Origin: an uncultured cyanobacterium
Lineage (GTDB): Bacteria > Cyanobacteriota > Cyanobacteriia > Cyanobacteriales > Cyanobacteriaceae
Assembly (NCBI GenBank): GCA_963749915.1
Contig: CAVVOP010000021.1
Span: 160,001 to 224,000, forward strand
Reading direction: 5' to 3'
DNA: 64,000 nucleotides
In this document: one piece after another, positions 18,724 through 31,400 of the stretch
Position numbering within the stretch: position 1 is the first letter of the stretch
Layout: each line of letters opens with the position of its first letter
Program-made: the position numbers and the translations under genes
Notes under the pieces: model-generated
What the model saw: the letters and a program-made list of their open reading frames with translations, nothing else
Databases searched by the model: none
Told to the model about the DNA's origin: nothing

Positions 18724-20823
18724 CCCACATTCCGCACGTCAAACTGTATAAATTCAGATTACGAGGTTAGAGGTTGAACAGTGATTGACTACGACAAGAA
18801 ATACTCGGTGATTAGTTCTCTAGCTTATAAAGAGAACTCAGATAAATTAGTAGAAAAATGAGCAACGTTTAAGGGATAATTAAATTCAGTTTTTAATTTA
18901 ATTTTGGAAATGATACTTTCAGAAGATATACAAGTTCAAACCATTAATCATTTAGGATTAATTGCTGGAGTTATAGATGAAATTGGCATTGAAGAAATTA
19001 TTAATGATGCCCTCGGTATTGACGAGAGGGAAATCGTGACAGCAGGTCAAATAGTCAAAGCAATTATTCTGAACGGATTAGGATTTATTTCTCGACCTCT
19101 TTATCTATTTCCACAGTTTTTTAAAGACAAAGCCACAGAACATTTAATCGGAAAAGGAATACTACCTGAGCATTTGAACGATGATAGAATTGGAAGAATA
19201 ATGGATAAACTTTATGAAAAAGGATTATCTTCATTATTTTTAATTATTGCTTTAGCCACAGTAAAAAAATATAATATCAACATAGATTTTTCTCATTTAG
19301 ATTCAACTTCTTTTGCGGTAGAGGGGAAATATAGTCAGGAAAAAATCACCAAAAATTTGGTCAAAGAAAATGCAGAATTAGAGTTAATTAATCAAATTCC
19401 AATTAAGATAATTAAAGGTTATTCCCGTGACCATAGACCAGATTTAAAACAATTTATTTTGGATTTAATTGTGAGTGGTGATGGTGATATTCCACTATTT
19501 TTAAGAGTAGCAGATGGTAATGAAAATGATAGAGCAGTTTTCGGCAAAATAGCGAAAGAATACAAATCAATGATAGATTTTGAGACGATGATAGTGGGTG
19601 ATAGTGCCTTATATACAGAAAATAACCTGAAATTAATGAGTGGAATAGAATGGTTATCGAGAGTTCCACTATCAATAAAAGAGGCAAAAAATTTAGTTTC
19701 AGAACTATCAGAATCTGATTTGACTCCAAGTAGTTTAGAAGGATATTCATGGTGTGAAGTAAGGAATAATTATGCAGAAATTGAGCAAAGATGGTTAATA
19801 GTAGAAAGTGAAAAAAGAAAAGTATCAGAGCTAGAAAAACTAAGGGAAAAAATAGAGAAAGAAAAAGAAAAAACCGAAGAAATATTAAAGAAATTGATGA
19901 AAGAAGAATTTAGCTCATCAGAGGGAGCTTATGAAACAGTTGTGAGACTAAATAAGACTTTAAAATATCATCACATAACCGAGCTAAAAATGACAGAAAG
20001 TGAGTTAAATAATCACAAGAAAAAATCGAAAAAGAAAGAAGAAAAATCGGGAAAAACTTATCAAGTTACGGCTATTTTGAAATCAGATTTAACGAAAATA
20101 AACGAATCAAAAAAAAGAGCAGGAAGATTTGTGTTAGCTACAAATAGATTGGATAAAAGTAAATTTAATTCTGATGAAATTTTAATTAAGTATAAAGAGC
20201 AACAAGCCGCAGAAAGAGGTTTTAGTTTTCTGAAAGAGCCATTATTTTTTGCCGATAGTGTGTTTTTAAAAACCCCAAAAAGAATCGAAACAATGGCAAT
20301 GTGTTTTTGGGGTTATGTCTGTTAGTCTATTCTTTGGGGCAAAGAGAAGTGCGTCGCTTATTAGAGGAGAGAAAAACGGGGATAAAAAATCAGCTGGGAA
20401 AACTAACGGAACGTCCAACGTTAAGATGGATATTTCAATGTTTTCAGGGGATTCATTTAGTAATAAATCAAGGAATAAAACAGATAGTAAATCTAACAAA
20501 TGAACGAAAACTAATTTTAAGTTTTTTCCCGATTTCTTGTCATAATTATTATATTTTATCTGGATAACTTATGGGATTTAAGAGTCTAAACATTCTCAAT
20601 TATAATACCATAAATAAAGAAGAGAAAACTGATAGATTTGCTCTGTTTATTTATTCTCATTAAAGGTGAAGTTATTGACAATGAGATTTTAATTTGAGCA
20701 AAGTTCGCGAGTACAAAACGCGAATAAAGAAGATATTGAGTATTATTACTTATATTTTGTCCAAAATAAGTTGCTTGGTTTTAATACTTTTATCATCTTA
20801 CAAAGTGAAGTACGGAATGTGGG
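18724..20823 (+). mobile_element. IS1634-family element, transposase 18904-20567 with frameshift near 20300
   Basis: Terminal IRs CCCACATTCCGCACGTCA / TGAAGTACGGAATGTGGG; HLNDDRIGR, HLDSTSF, GYSRDHRPDLKQF, GRFVLATN, ERGFSFLK. Confidence 0.92.
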
Positions 20824-20826
20824 TTT

Positions 20827-21601
20827 TATCCCAGCCGAGGAAGGTTAATTATTCCCCGTAATCCTCATCTACGGTTAGGTACACGCAGTAGAGCAGAATG
20901 GTTTTTATTGATGGTGTTGGTAGCGATCACGAAGTGGCAGGCTACGCCTGATCGCCGTCATCTCCATTAATATTAACAGTGCTGGAGGAATTATTAGGGG
21001 ATTTAATCAAGCCTTGGGACTACCTTCAGGAGCAGTTGAAGCGGCTAGCGAAGATACCTCTAGATACTTACTCACTGCCCATATTAGGGGACGTAATGCC
21101 ATCACGGAAATGCCCGTTGACGCATCCTATGAAGTAATCGAACCCTTGACTGCCAGTGATTTGTTAGTCAAAGACTCTTCAGGAATGATTTATCGAGTAG
21201 GACAATCTCAAGAATGCCAGATTATTGCCAGCCAAATTCGGGTTGAACGAGTTAAACCTATCACAACTAAAGTAACCAATCTTATTTTAGATGATGAGGA
21301 TATTTATACCGCCTTGAGTCAATTCAACATTCTCAATTCTCGAACAGCGAATACCGATGTTGAGCCAATGCAAAGCCCAAAGCGAATTGATTTGTCTGGA
21401 ACGCTTACTATCTTTGATGCAGAGGATTTAACTTTACCTTCTCATCTAGACAGATTTGATACTATCACCCTACAACCAGGGAGCGATATTGCTTATGCTC
21501 GATTAGTTTCAGCCAATCCTCAAGAAGTCATGCAGCTTCTGGGAGATTACTATGCCTCTGGAAATTTGATTGTGAGGACGATCGTCTTGAATAGTGAATA
21601 A
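20827..21601 (+). pseudogene. 5'-truncated plasmid-type metal-dependent hydrolase (YdjM-like) gene, frameshifted by a 25-bp insertion
   Basis: YPSRGRLIIPRNPHLRLGTRSRAEWFLLMVLVAI reads through to AVISININSAGG...GLPSGAVE once the insertion at 20923-20955 is removed; family call from recalled resemblance. Confidence 0.5.
20923..20955. repeat. SDR5-like small repeat inserted in a HIP1 site
   Basis: GCGATC-ACGAAGTGGCAGGCTACGCCT-GATCGC. Confidence 0.7.
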
Positions 21602-21690
21602 TTACTGGGCTAATTTATAATTCATTGAGAGGATTATTATGGAAGTAGAAACCTAATCTTATATTTAATAATAAAAACTGGAGAAATTTT

Positions 21691-21957
21691 ATGAATAATG
21701 AGCAAATTCTTTTAGAAACATGGCATAGTTTAACACCTGATAAACAACAAGAAGTAATTGATTTTTTACAATTTTTAAAACAGAAATATCCACCGAAAAA
21801 TGAATTATTAAATAGAGAGAAAAAAGAGAGATTAGAAAAACTTCAAAAATTACAAAGTATTCGGGATAAAATCGTAGCCAGCGGAGAGCCTTTATTAACT
21901 GCTGATGAAATAGAAAAAGAAGTTTTAGAAAGACGTGGAGGAGTTCAGTACGATTAA
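21691..21957 (+). CDS. DUF2281-like antitoxin
   Basis: WHSLTPDKQQEVIDFLQFLKQK; directly upstream of a PIN toxin. Confidence 0.7.
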   Translation: MNNEQILLETWHSLTPDKQQEVIDFLQFLKQKYPPKNELLNREKKERLEKLQKLQSIRDKIVASGEPLLTADEIEKEVLERRGGVQYD

Positions 21958-21959
21958 TT

Positions 21960-22367
21960 ATGACTATTTCTTTTATTGACTCAGGAGTATTAATTGCCGC
22001 AGCTAGAGGAGAAGGAATAATAGCGGAAAAAGCTTTAGATATTTTGAAAAATCCTGATTTAGAATTTGCCTCTAGTTTCTATGTCCAAATGGAAGTTTTA
22101 CCTAAAGCTATTTTCTATCAAAATGATAATGAAGTTAAATTTTATCAAACCTTTTTTAGTTTAGTTTCTCATTGGGCTAATGATGAGGAAAAAGTTAAAC
22201 AAATTGCTTATGAACAAGCAAGTCAGTTTGGTTTAAGTGCTATGGATGCTCTACATATTGCGGCGGCAATTTCTGTTAATGCTGATGACTTTATTACGAC
22301 AGAAAAACTCAATAAACCAATTCATCGTACTAAAAGTATTAAATTAATCTCTATTTATCCTGAATAA
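21960..22367 (+). CDS. PIN-domain (VapC-like) toxin
   Basis: FIDSGVLIAA, EVL, MDALHIAAA, FITTEK. Confidence 0.85.
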   Translation: MTISFIDSGVLIAAARGEGIIAEKALDILKNPDLEFASSFYVQMEVLPKAIFYQNDNEVKFYQTFFSLVSHWANDEEKVKQIAYEQASQFGLSAMDALHIAAAISVNADDFITTEKLNKPIHRTKSIKLISIYPE

Positions 22368-22411
22368 AAAATAATTGAAGAATTCATAATTTATAATTCA
22401 TAATTTAACCC

Positions 22412-22730
22412 ATGTTTTCTCGGAAAGAAAAGCCATTACCACAACCTGTTTTTGCAGCAATCCCTCAATCCAAAATTAACGATAACGTTCGATCGTCAAC
22501 TGAAGGTATTTTCTTAGGGGAAGATTGCTATTGGAATCCTACCGCTCTCCCTAACGGTCATGTAGTCGCCATTGGTGCCAGTGGAAGTGGTAAAACCCAG
22601 ACTTTGAGCGATCGCTGTTACTTCTACCCTCAAAAAATCTCTGCAATTAGGCCCCAATCAAGAAGGTCTAATGCTCGACATCTTAGAACTATGTTATGCT
22701 AACCGAGGCATAACTCAGTCAGAGGTTAAT
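22412..22730 (+). pseudogene. HerA/VirB4-like P-loop ATPase fragment, internally deleted and cut by a MITE
   Basis: PNGHVVAIGASGSGKTQTL, then frame change at HIP1 22608 to AIAVTSTLKKSLQLGPNQEGLM. Confidence 0.6.
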
Positions 22731-22731
22731 A

Positions 22732-22986
22732 CCCACATTCCGCATGTTCTTTTAGAAAACAATCATATTTTAATGATTTTTACGCAACTTTACTATAGGT
22801 AATACATATATTTATTGTCACTATGCGGGCAGCTTCGCTGTGCCTTTGGCATCGCCATATACAGATTTTTACAGTATTTATATTTGTTTAATCTCAATTT
22901 CGTTGTTTTATTACTTGGGGAATATTTTGTAAACAAGGCGTTAAGGTATTACATGACATAGTGCAAATTGACGTGCGGAATGTGGG
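22732..22986. mobile_element. MITE carrying IS1634-type terminal repeats
   Basis: CCCACATTCCGCA ... TGACGTGCGGAATGTGGG around about 220 bp of non-coding AT-rich DNA. Confidence 0.8.
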
Positions 22987-23180
22987 GTATAAGAGAGTCT
23001 CTGGCTGCATCTCAGAGTTGAATAACATCATCAGCATAAATAAATGGTCGGGTGAGCGAAAAAATGGTTGGGAAAGATGAAAGCAGCAGACAAGGTCAAG
23101 TTTTGTTGTGTTGTCAATACTCTGTTAATATATCTAAAATATCAGCGATCGCATTATCATTATAAAATAGACGATCACAT

Positions 23181-23612
23181 TTATTCTGTTAAACATTCTA
23201 AGAAAGAATTAACACCTAACAATTTGATGCTATATAATTGCATTGCTCTTCTTAATTCTTCATCAGCACGTAAATCATCATCTCCAGATACAATAATATT
23301 TGCTTCTCCATCAATAGCTGTAGATAAAATAGGTAAGTCTTTAGGATCTCGGCAATGAGGAGGAATCGTTTTGGTTTCAACCCAGATTGAGCGACTTCTT
23401 AACTGTTTTTCTAGTCGTAAAGCTTGATTGATGTCAATATATTTTTTGAGTCTAGGTCGATTCCAAACTTCATGAAATTCATCGAAAAGAACTTGACTGA
23501 TAATTAGTTGAAATTTGTTCTTATTAAATGCTTCTAGTATTGGTAGTGTAACTCGTCCTTTTAGCAAAATACGAATCCAAATATTCGTATCAATGACTAC
23601 TCGTAATGTCAT
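23181..23612 (-). CDS. PIN-family toxin (PIN_3 type)
   Basis: RVVIDTNIW, CRDPKDLPIL, IIVSGDDDL. Confidence 0.88.
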   Translation of the reverse strand: MTLRVVIDTNIWIRILLKGRVTLPILEAFNKNKFQLIISQVLFDEFHEVWNRPRLKKYIDINQALRLEKQLRSRSIWVETKTIPPHCRDPKDLPILSTAIDGEANIIVSGDDDLRADEELRRAMQLYSIKLLGVNSFLECLTE

Positions 23613-23614
23613 GT

Positions 23615-23881
23615 TTATTTAAGTTTTGATTGACGTACAGCTTGAATTTCTTGCATAATATCATTATCGGTAACTTCATCTACTGGATCTTGATTATAGA
23701 GTTCTGTAATTAAAGCTTTTAAATCTGACTGTAGCTCTACTTCAATTAAAGCTTTGGCTATTTTTGTACGCTCACTGGGCTGTAATTGTTGAATGACAGA
23801 AATGAGTTGTTCTAGGGTTATAGGTATTGTTATCATAGATTTCATGTCTCTTAGTTTAATAAAAACAGTCTGTAATCTCAT
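23615..23881 (-). CDS. putative antitoxin of the PIN toxin
   Basis: Small ORF coupled upstream of the toxin; ITLEQLISVIQQL..ERTKIAKAL; start probably the second Met. Confidence 0.65.
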   Translation of the reverse strand: MRLQTVFIKLRDMKSMITIPITLEQLISVIQQLQPSERTKIAKALIEVELQSDLKALITELYNQDPVDEVTDNDIMQEIQAVRQSKLK

Positions 23882-23982
23882 TATATCAAGTATGATGAGG
23901 ATCTTGGTTATACGAAACTAGACGTTAAGTTCAATAGGCGGTAATTGTTGGGTTAAGGAACGAAACCCAACCTACAAGATCA

Positions 23983-24466
23983 GCGATCGCTGAGAATTGT
24001 GATGAGGATACTACGATAATTATTCCTTTTGCAAACAGGTTGCCCACCAGTATTAGATATTGGTTGGAGGATTTGATGAACATTGGAGTAACTATTTGTG
24101 CTGTGGCGAATAATAATCCTTGTAAAGATATTTTCCTAGAAATGCTGGAGTTAGATTTACCCAAGGATAAGCAGATTCGGGAAATAATGAAGGATGAAGC
24201 CCAGAGGTTGGGTTTGGAGATAGGCGATCGTGCAGCGCCAGGCTTCGCCTGATCGCAAATTAGCTGAGTTACAATCTTACGTTGGTAAGAATCCTATGCT
24301 TGCAAGGAAGGCTATTCAGAATGAATATCTGGGACTAAACAAACAAAATCCTCAGCATACGAACTATGTGGTGATTATGCCGATAATTATTGCTATTTTG
24401 ATGGGTTTTGGCATCGTTAGATTTATCGGTCTGGGAACAGGGAATAAGTCACTTTATATCTATGGT
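23983..24466 (+). pseudogene. fragment of a plasmid-type ATP-binding/membrane protein, frameshifted by a 25-bp insertion and cut by IS630
   Basis: RLPTSIRYWLE...LEIGDR joins KLAELQSYVGKNPMLARK... on removal of the insertion at 24224-24256. Confidence 0.55.
24224..24256. repeat. SDR5-like small repeat inserted in a HIP1 site
   Basis: GCGATC-GTGCAGCGCCAGGCTTCGCCT-GATCGC. Confidence 0.7.
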
Positions 24467-25006
24467 TTCAATTCGTTTTTTTTAATGTTTTTCTGATGGT
24501 TTCTCGTGATATTTTTTCCACATATTGGAGTTCAATCATTTTATCCGCCAGCATTTGAAGTGTCCATTTTGCTCGTCCCGTTGGTGTTTCACTACAAGCG
24601 ATTGCAATCAGATATGCTTCCTTTTCCCCATCGATAATTTTGGCACGGCGATGTTCTTGCTTTTTTCGAGTTAATGCTGATTCAATTCCTGACTCGACAA
24701 ATCTTTGTCGTACTCTCTCAATGGTGGCTTGAGCAACATTTAAGGCTTCACTAATTTTCGAGTCAGTCCAACCACCTTCTTGTTGATTGATGTCTGCCAA
24801 AAGTAGTATTCTGGCATGGTTCATTTTGTAAGCTGCTATTTTTCCTTTCTTGGTTAGCTGCTCGAGTTCAGTTCTTTCGGAGTCTGTTAGATCTACAATA
24901 TATTTTTTCTTCGGCATTTTTTTGTCTGAAGTTGGATAACTTCTTCCAGATTAGCTCTTTTTTTACCCCTCAAAGCCCAATTTCCTAAAACTCCGTTGAT
25001 AGTTTA
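24460..25006 (-). mobile_element. IS630-family remnant (orfA HTH part 24468-24917 only)
   Basis: KYIVDLTDSERTELEQL, HARILLLAD, GRAKWTLQMLADK, ending at the A-run frameshift site KKTN/KKNELKP; DDE part absent; ends approximate. Confidence 0.8.
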
Positions 25007-25070
25007 CAGTTAGTTATTGGGTAAGATTTGAAATATTGACTTATTTATATTTATTATTTTTCAAAAATAA

Positions 25071-25433
25071 ATGACCAAAATATTAGTAGTAGATGATTTA
25101 CAGTCAGAATTGGATCTAATTACCGAATATCTTACTTCCGCTGGTTATACGGTGACAACGGCAATCAATGGTAAAGAAGCCTTGACTAAAGTCTCAGAAA
25201 ATATTCCCGATGTGATCGTTACTGATTGGATGATGCCAGAAATGGGCGGATTAGACTTGTGCCGTAAACTTAAAAAAAATCCAGAGACAGCAAATATTCC
25301 CGTTGTTGCTTGTACGGCTAAAGATCGAGATGTTGATCGTGCTTGGGCAACTAAACAAGGGGTTAAAGGCTATGTAGTTAAACCCTGTACCAAAGAAGAG
25401 ATTGTTAACGCTGTCAAACAAGCGATGGAGTAG
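25071..25433 (+). CDS. CheY/PilH-like response regulator
   Basis: Single REC domain: VVDD, TDWMMP, KP. Confidence 0.9.
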   Translation: MTKILVVDDLQSELDLITEYLTSAGYTVTTAINGKEALTKVSENIPDVIVTDWMMPEMGGLDLCRKLKKNPETANIPVVACTAKDRDVDRAWATKQGVKGYVVKPCTKEEIVNAVKQAME

Positions 25434-25441
25434 TATAATTT

Positions 25442-25984
25442 ATGTCCACCACATCTTCTTCTCTATCGAGATTACAAGAATTACTCCCAGAGTTATTTCA
25501 AACAACTAATTTACTGGGAAAACTCTATCTCCGTTGTCAAATAACTTCGGTAATAACAGCCTTAATTCCTATGGAATACGTTCAGGAATCTTTATTAGTT
25601 CCCAGAGAAGAAATTACACCCATCCCCGAAATGTCGAGTTTTTTTATGGGTTTAATGAATTCCCGTGATCATGTTTTCTTTGCCCTTGACTTACCTCAAC
25701 TTCTAGGTTGTTCACCTTTATCACCATACTCAAGAGACTATCACACTATTGTCATTAATATTTCCCCATTTTTAGATCAATCATTAACTTCAGAAGGGGA
25801 AATTTTCTTAGGTTTCGCTGTTAATCAAATTCAAGGTATTACTAGGATTATATCCGATGAAATGCGATCGCCTCAAGAGAATTTCTCCTCCAGTTTAACT
25901 CCCTATTTACAAGGATGGGTAATGGATAAGGAACAGCAATTACCCGTACTAGATCTAGCGACCATTATAAAGCAAACTCTTTAA
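25442..25984 (+). CDS. CheW-like protein
   Basis: ITPIPEMSSFFMGLMNSR, DLPQLLG, LGFAVNQIQG; operon context. Confidence 0.85.
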   Translation: MSTTSSSLSRLQELLPELFQTTNLLGKLYLRCQITSVITALIPMEYVQESLLVPREEITPIPEMSSFFMGLMNSRDHVFFALDLPQLLGCSPLSPYSRDYHTIVINISPFLDQSLTSEGEIFLGFAVNQIQGITRIISDEMRSPQENFSSSLTPYLQGWVMDKEQQLPVLDLATIIKQTL

Positions 25985-26068
25985 GTGAGGTGAGGAAAAT
26001 AAAATAAAATTTGCAGACATAGACAAATACTATCAATTCAATCATTAGTAATTCCATTAATAAAAAGA

Positions 26069-28318
26069 ATGACTACTCAATCAGAAAAATTCGTCGAAAT
26101 AAGTAAAAAAGTAGGAGCAGTAATTTCTCCCAAAAAAAAGCGTAAACCATCATTTATAGTCCCTTTGCTTCTTGTTGGCACGACAGTGTTGCCTCCCCTC
26201 CTACTGCCAGTTATCAGTTATTCAGAAATAGCAAGTGCTCAAACTACCAAGCAAAGCACCCCCAATGAAAACAAGCAAATTAAAATTGGAATATTAGCAA
26301 AACGAGGAGATGACAAAGCATCGGAACAATGGCAAGCAACGGCAGATTACTTAAGTAAAGAAATCCCCGGTTATACTTTTCAAATTGTGCCACTGGATTT
26401 TCAGCAAATTTATCAAGCCGTTGAAGAAGGAAGCATTGATTTTGTCATCCCCAACTCAGGAATGTATATCGATTTTGAAGGTCTTTATGACACTAATCGT
26501 ATTGCTACCCTCAAAAACCGAAGGCTAGGAAAACCATATACTGTTTTTGGGGGGGTTATTTTTCGCAAAAAAGATCGAGAAGATATTAAAGTTATCCAAG
26601 ATCTCAAAGGTAAAACAGTGATGGCGGTAGATGAAACATCATTAGGAGGATGGCAAACCCAGTGGGGAGAATTGAAAAAGGCTGGAATAGATCCATACCG
26701 AGATTTTAAAGAACTGAGCTTTGGTGGTACCCATGATGATGTAGTTTATGCAGTGCGAGATGGTAAAATCGATGTGGGAGCAGTGCGTACTGATACTCTT
26801 GAAAGAATGGCAGAAGAGGGAAAAATTAATCTTGATGATTTTGTAATTATTAATCAAAAAACTGAGTTACAAAAAGAATTTCCCTTCTTGCTGAGTACAG
26901 ATCTCTACCCAGAATGGCCTTTTGGGGCAACCAAAAATACTCCTAATCAATTGTCCGAACTGGTGGCTTCTGCTTTATTAAGAATGCCAAAAGAGAGCGA
27001 AGCCGCAAAAAAAGCAAAATCTGAAGGATGGACTGTACCTTTAAATTATCGTTCTGTAGATGATCTTTTCCTCGATCTTCAAATTGGTCGTTACGAATAT
27101 TTGAGAAAATTTGCTTTGGGAGAATTTATCCAAAAATATTGGTACTGGTTTTCTGGTGGCTTTATTATTTTGACTATTTCAGTCGCATCTATCATCATCT
27201 ATCAGCAAAAACGGACTGAAACTGCCCTTAAAGAAAGTGCTAAACAACAACAAATGGCTATTAATCAACAAAAAGAGGTAGAAACTACTTTAAAAACGAT
27301 TGCCCAAGAGCAACAAAAACAGAAAGAAACTCTCGAAAGGGAAATTTATCAACTTATCGAGGAGTTACAGGGTGCGGTGGATGGAGATTTAACCGTCAGA
27401 GCCAGTTTAACTTCCATGGAAATGAGTACTGTGGCTGATTTATTTAATGCCATCATTGATAGTCTTGGTGATATTGCTGTTCAAGTAAAGCAGTCTAGCA
27501 GTGAGGTTAGTTCTTCCTTGGGAGAAAATGAACAATCAATTCAACTTTTAGCAAAACAAGCGATTCAGGAAGCGGAAAACACTCGCAAAACCTTAGATTC
27601 CATCGAAGAAATGTCTCTTTCTATTGAGGGCGTTGCCGCTAATGCTAATCAAGCCGCCAACTTAGCCGATGACGCTTACAAAGAAACCCAAGAAGGCACA
27701 AATGCCATGGATGAAACTGTAACCAGTATTCTCAACACGCGCACAACAGTGGGAGAGACAGCGAAAAAAATAAAACGATTAGGGGAATCTTCCCAAAAGA
27801 TTTCTCAGGTTGTCTCACTCATCGAAGAAATTGCCTTAAAAACGAATTTATTGGCTATTAATGCCAGTGTGGAAGCTAGTCGTGCAGGGGAACAAGGACA
27901 AGGTTTTACGGTGGTAGCAGAGCAGGTAGGAGCTTTAGCCGAACAATCCGCTGCGGCAACCAAAGAAATAGCTCAAATTGTGGCGGCAATTCAGGCAGAA
28001 ACCCAAGAAGTAGCCCAAGCGATGGAATTAGGAACTTCTCAGGTGGTTGACACCACTCGCTTGGTAGAATCCACTAAAAAACGTTTAGGTCAAGTATTAG
28101 AACGCTCTCGCAGTATCAATGAGCTAATGAAAACAATTTCTGAATCTACCGTTTCTCAGGCTGATACATCTCGTGTTGTCAGAGAACTGATGCAGCAAAT
28201 TGCTCAACAGTCTGAGGCACGATTAAGTTCTTCTGAAAAAATTGCCAAATCTATGCAAGCTACAGCCGAAGTTGCCAAACAAATGGAGTCAACCGTGGAA
28301 CAGTTTAAAGTTAGTTAA
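26069..28318 (+). CDS. methyl-accepting chemotaxis protein with PhnD-like periplasmic binding-protein sensor domain
   Basis: N-terminal hydrophobic segment; [52 protein letters not shown] helix; MCP core [26 protein letters not shown]. Confidence 0.9.
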   Translation: MTTQSEKFVEISKKVGAVISPKKKRKPSFIVPLLLVGTTVLPPLLLPVISYSEIASAQTTKQSTPNENKQIKIGILAKRGDDKASEQWQATADYLSKEIPGYTFQIVPLDFQQIYQAVEEGSIDFVIPNSGMYIDFEGLYDTNRIATLKNRRLGKPYTVFGGVIFRKKDREDIKVIQDLKGKTVMAVDETSLGGWQTQWGELKKAGIDPYRDFKELSFGGTHDDVVYAVRDGKIDVGAVRTDTLERMAEEGKINLDDFVIINQKTELQKEFPFLLSTDLYPEWPFGATKNTPNQLSELVASALLRMPKESEAAKKAKSEGWTVPLNYRSVDDLFLDLQIGRYEYLRKFALGEFIQKYWYWFSGGFIILTISVASIIIYQQKRTETALKESAKQQQMAINQQKEVETTLKTIAQEQQKQKETLEREIYQLIEELQGAVDGDLTVRASLTSMEMSTVADLFNAIIDSLGDIAVQVKQSSSEVSSSLGENEQSIQLLAKQAIQEAENTRKTLDSIEEMSLSIEGVAANANQAANLADDAYKETQEGTNAMDETVTSILNTRTTVGETAKKIKRLGESSQKISQVVSLIEEIALKTNLLAINASVEASRAGEQGQGFTVVAEQVGALAEQSAAATKEIAQIVAAIQAETQEVAQAMELGTSQVVDTTRLVESTKKRLGQVLERSRSINELMKTISESTVSQADTSRVVRELMQQIAQQSEARLSSSEKIAKSMQATAEVAKQMESTVEQFKVS

Positions 28319-28435
28319 CTATTAACTTGCACTTTTAATAAAATTTGCTGATGAGGGAAGGAGACAGGAGATAGAGAATTTACTTAAATGTCTTTGAAAC
28401 TGAATAAATTAATCCTCTTTAAATGATAAAAAACA

Positions 28436-31400
28436 ATGGATCAACAACAAATTCGATTTAATTTTCTCGATGAAGCACAAGACTGTCTCCATCGAGTTGA
28501 ATCTGTCCTCCTTGAGTTAAGTTCAACGATTGCTGAACCTGAAAAACTAGATTTAGCACTGAGGGCAACTCATTCCGTTAAAGGTGGTGCTGGGATGATG
28601 GGATTTTTTCCTCTTAGTAATGTGGCTCACCGTTTAGAAGACTTTTTCAAAATCCTACGGCTTCGACACCATTCCACTCAAATTAGTACAGAAGTAGAAA
28701 GTTTATTGTTACTAGGAGTGGACTCTATGGGCAATATCATAGAATTACATCGTCAGGGTAAAGATGTTGAGGATACTTGGTTAAAAGATCATGTTGATCC
28801 TATTTTTGAACAGTTAGGTCAACTTTTAGGGAAACTACGAGCTGGGGATGAAAATTTACTTTTTAATCAAACTGAGGGAGCAAATGCTGAGTTATTAATG
28901 TTTGAGGAAGGAGTTGAACCCATTTTAGATGAGTTTGAAGCTCAATTAAGTGATATATCTTCTGAACAATTATCCTCTGCTTTGATGATGACCGCAGAAA
29001 AACTACTGGTTTTTGGTCGAATGGCGGATTTAGAACCTTTTGTGCAATTATGTGAATCGATTCAGCAACAAGCTATGATTGCAACGACGCAAAACATCAA
29101 TTCTTTGATTGAAGAAGCTTTAACTGTTTGGCGACGTTCCCAAGCTTTGGTAATGCGTGGTAGTCTTGATAAACTACCGTCAGAGTTGAAAAGAAATCGT
29201 TTATCAAGTCCGATTAGTGATGGTTTGGGAGTGGATAATCTTAACCTTGATAGGCAAAATAATGATCTTTTGTCTTTAGCCAATGCTTTAGATGATAATC
29301 TCAATTTGGATTTGTTCTCTAATGAGGATTTTGATTTTGAAGATCAATTCTCGGAGTCTGATTTTGATTTATTATCAGGGGAAAATATCGACATTGAGAA
29401 CTTAGAGGAGTTACAAAATGCTTTTGCACAAATTTCTGCTCCTGAACCTGAAAAACCTTTAATTTCTACCCCAAAAATTGCTCAAATTCCCTCAAAAACA
29501 GGGCAAATGGTACGGATTCCCGTAGAACAGTTAACTCAATTTAATACTTTGTTTGGGAAGCTGATTTTAGAACGTAATCGACTTAATTTGCGTTTGGAGC
29601 AATTGCGTAATGTCGCTCAACTCATGCAACGGCGGATGAGTCAATTAGAGCAATCTAACACCCAATTAAAAAACTGGTATGATCGCACTTCTACGCAGGA
29701 TTCTTTTGCTGTTACAGAGCAAACTATGGTTCAAATTCCTCTCTCTAGCACTATTGTTAATGGTGCAAAATCTTCAATTTCCCCAGAAAAAACTGCACAA
29801 GATAATGGAACTTCGACACAATTTGATACTTTAGAAATGGATAGTTATAGCGACTTACATTTAATTTCTCAAGAACAAATTGAAACCATTGTTCAGCTCA
29901 AGGAAGTAAGTACCGATATTGATTTAGGTTTAGAAGATCTCAATCAAGCAGTACGAGAATTGAATCATACTATGCGATCGCTGCAAAAAAAAGCCACCAG
30001 TATTCAAATGCGTCCTTTCGGGGATTTAGTCAAAAGTTTTCCTCGCCTTATCAGAGATTTAAGCATACAGTTCAATAAAAAAGTTAATCTCAAAATTGAA
30101 GGAGAAACAACTTTATTCGATCGTAGTTTAATCGAAACCCTTAATGCACCGTTAATGCACCTTATCCGCAACGCCTTTGATCATGGCATCGAAGATTCTG
30201 AAACTCGTAAAAATGCAGGAAAACCCTCCGAAGGAACAATTACCCTTAGTGCGATTAATCGAGGTACTCAAACTATTATCACTGTTAAAGACGACGGCAA
30301 AGGTATTTCTGTAGAGAAAATAGGTGATCGATTAAAACAAATGGGTATTACTTCCACCGAAATTGAGCAAATGTCCGAATCCCAAATCATCGACTATATT
30401 TTTCAGCCCGGATTTACTACCTCAGAAGAAGTTACCGAACTGTCAGGAAGAGGAGTTGGCATGGACGTAGTTCGCACTAATATCCAAGAAATTAGAGGAA
30501 ATGTTCAAGCTCAAAGCAAAGTGGGACAAGGATCAACCTTTACCATGACAGTTCCTTCCAATTTATCCATTTTACGGGTCATGATCGTACAAGCCAAAGG
30601 AATGGTATTTGCTGTGCCTGTAAACACTGTCCGAAAAATTTTACACTTAAAACTAGAAGAAAACTCCACTCCTCAAGATTTAAAACAATTTACCTGGCGA
30701 GATCAAACAATTCCCGTCATATATCTAGAAAACATTTTTACCTTTAACCGCCCTTCACAACCCTTTGAAATGTCGGGTAATCCCATTATTAATCAACCCA
30801 CAATCCTAGTGGTAGGAGATCAAGATAATGTCGGTGGAATTCACATTGATCAATTTTGGGGTGAACAAGAAGTCACCATTCGTCCCATTAATACTCATTT
30901 GCCTCTCCCTTTAGGGTTCATAAGTTCTCTAATTCTGGGAGATGGTCGAGTATTACCCTTGATCGAGCCTGTTCAAATTCTGCAAGAATCTCTCAAACAA
31001 AATGAGCAAACGAACAAAGATGATATTATCCCCGTCAAGACAAACCAAGATCTTCCCTTTGCCTCAGAAAAAATTAAGACAATCCTGATTATCGATGACT
31101 CCATTAACGTCCGCAATTATTTAGCCACAACCCTCGAAAAAGCAGGTTATAGAGTCGAACAAGCTAAAGATGGACGAGAAGGGGTGAACAAACTTTTTGG
31201 AGGTTTAACGGTAGAAGCGGCTATCTGTGATATTGAGATGCCTCGTCTTGATGGTTATGGTGTTTTAGAAGAAGTTAAAGGAAAACCTGAATTTCAATCC
31301 CTACCAATTATTATGCTCAGTTCTCGTAGTAATGAGAAACATCAAAAATTAGCTTTCAATTTAGGGGCATCTGCTTATTTTTCCAAACCTTATAATGAAC

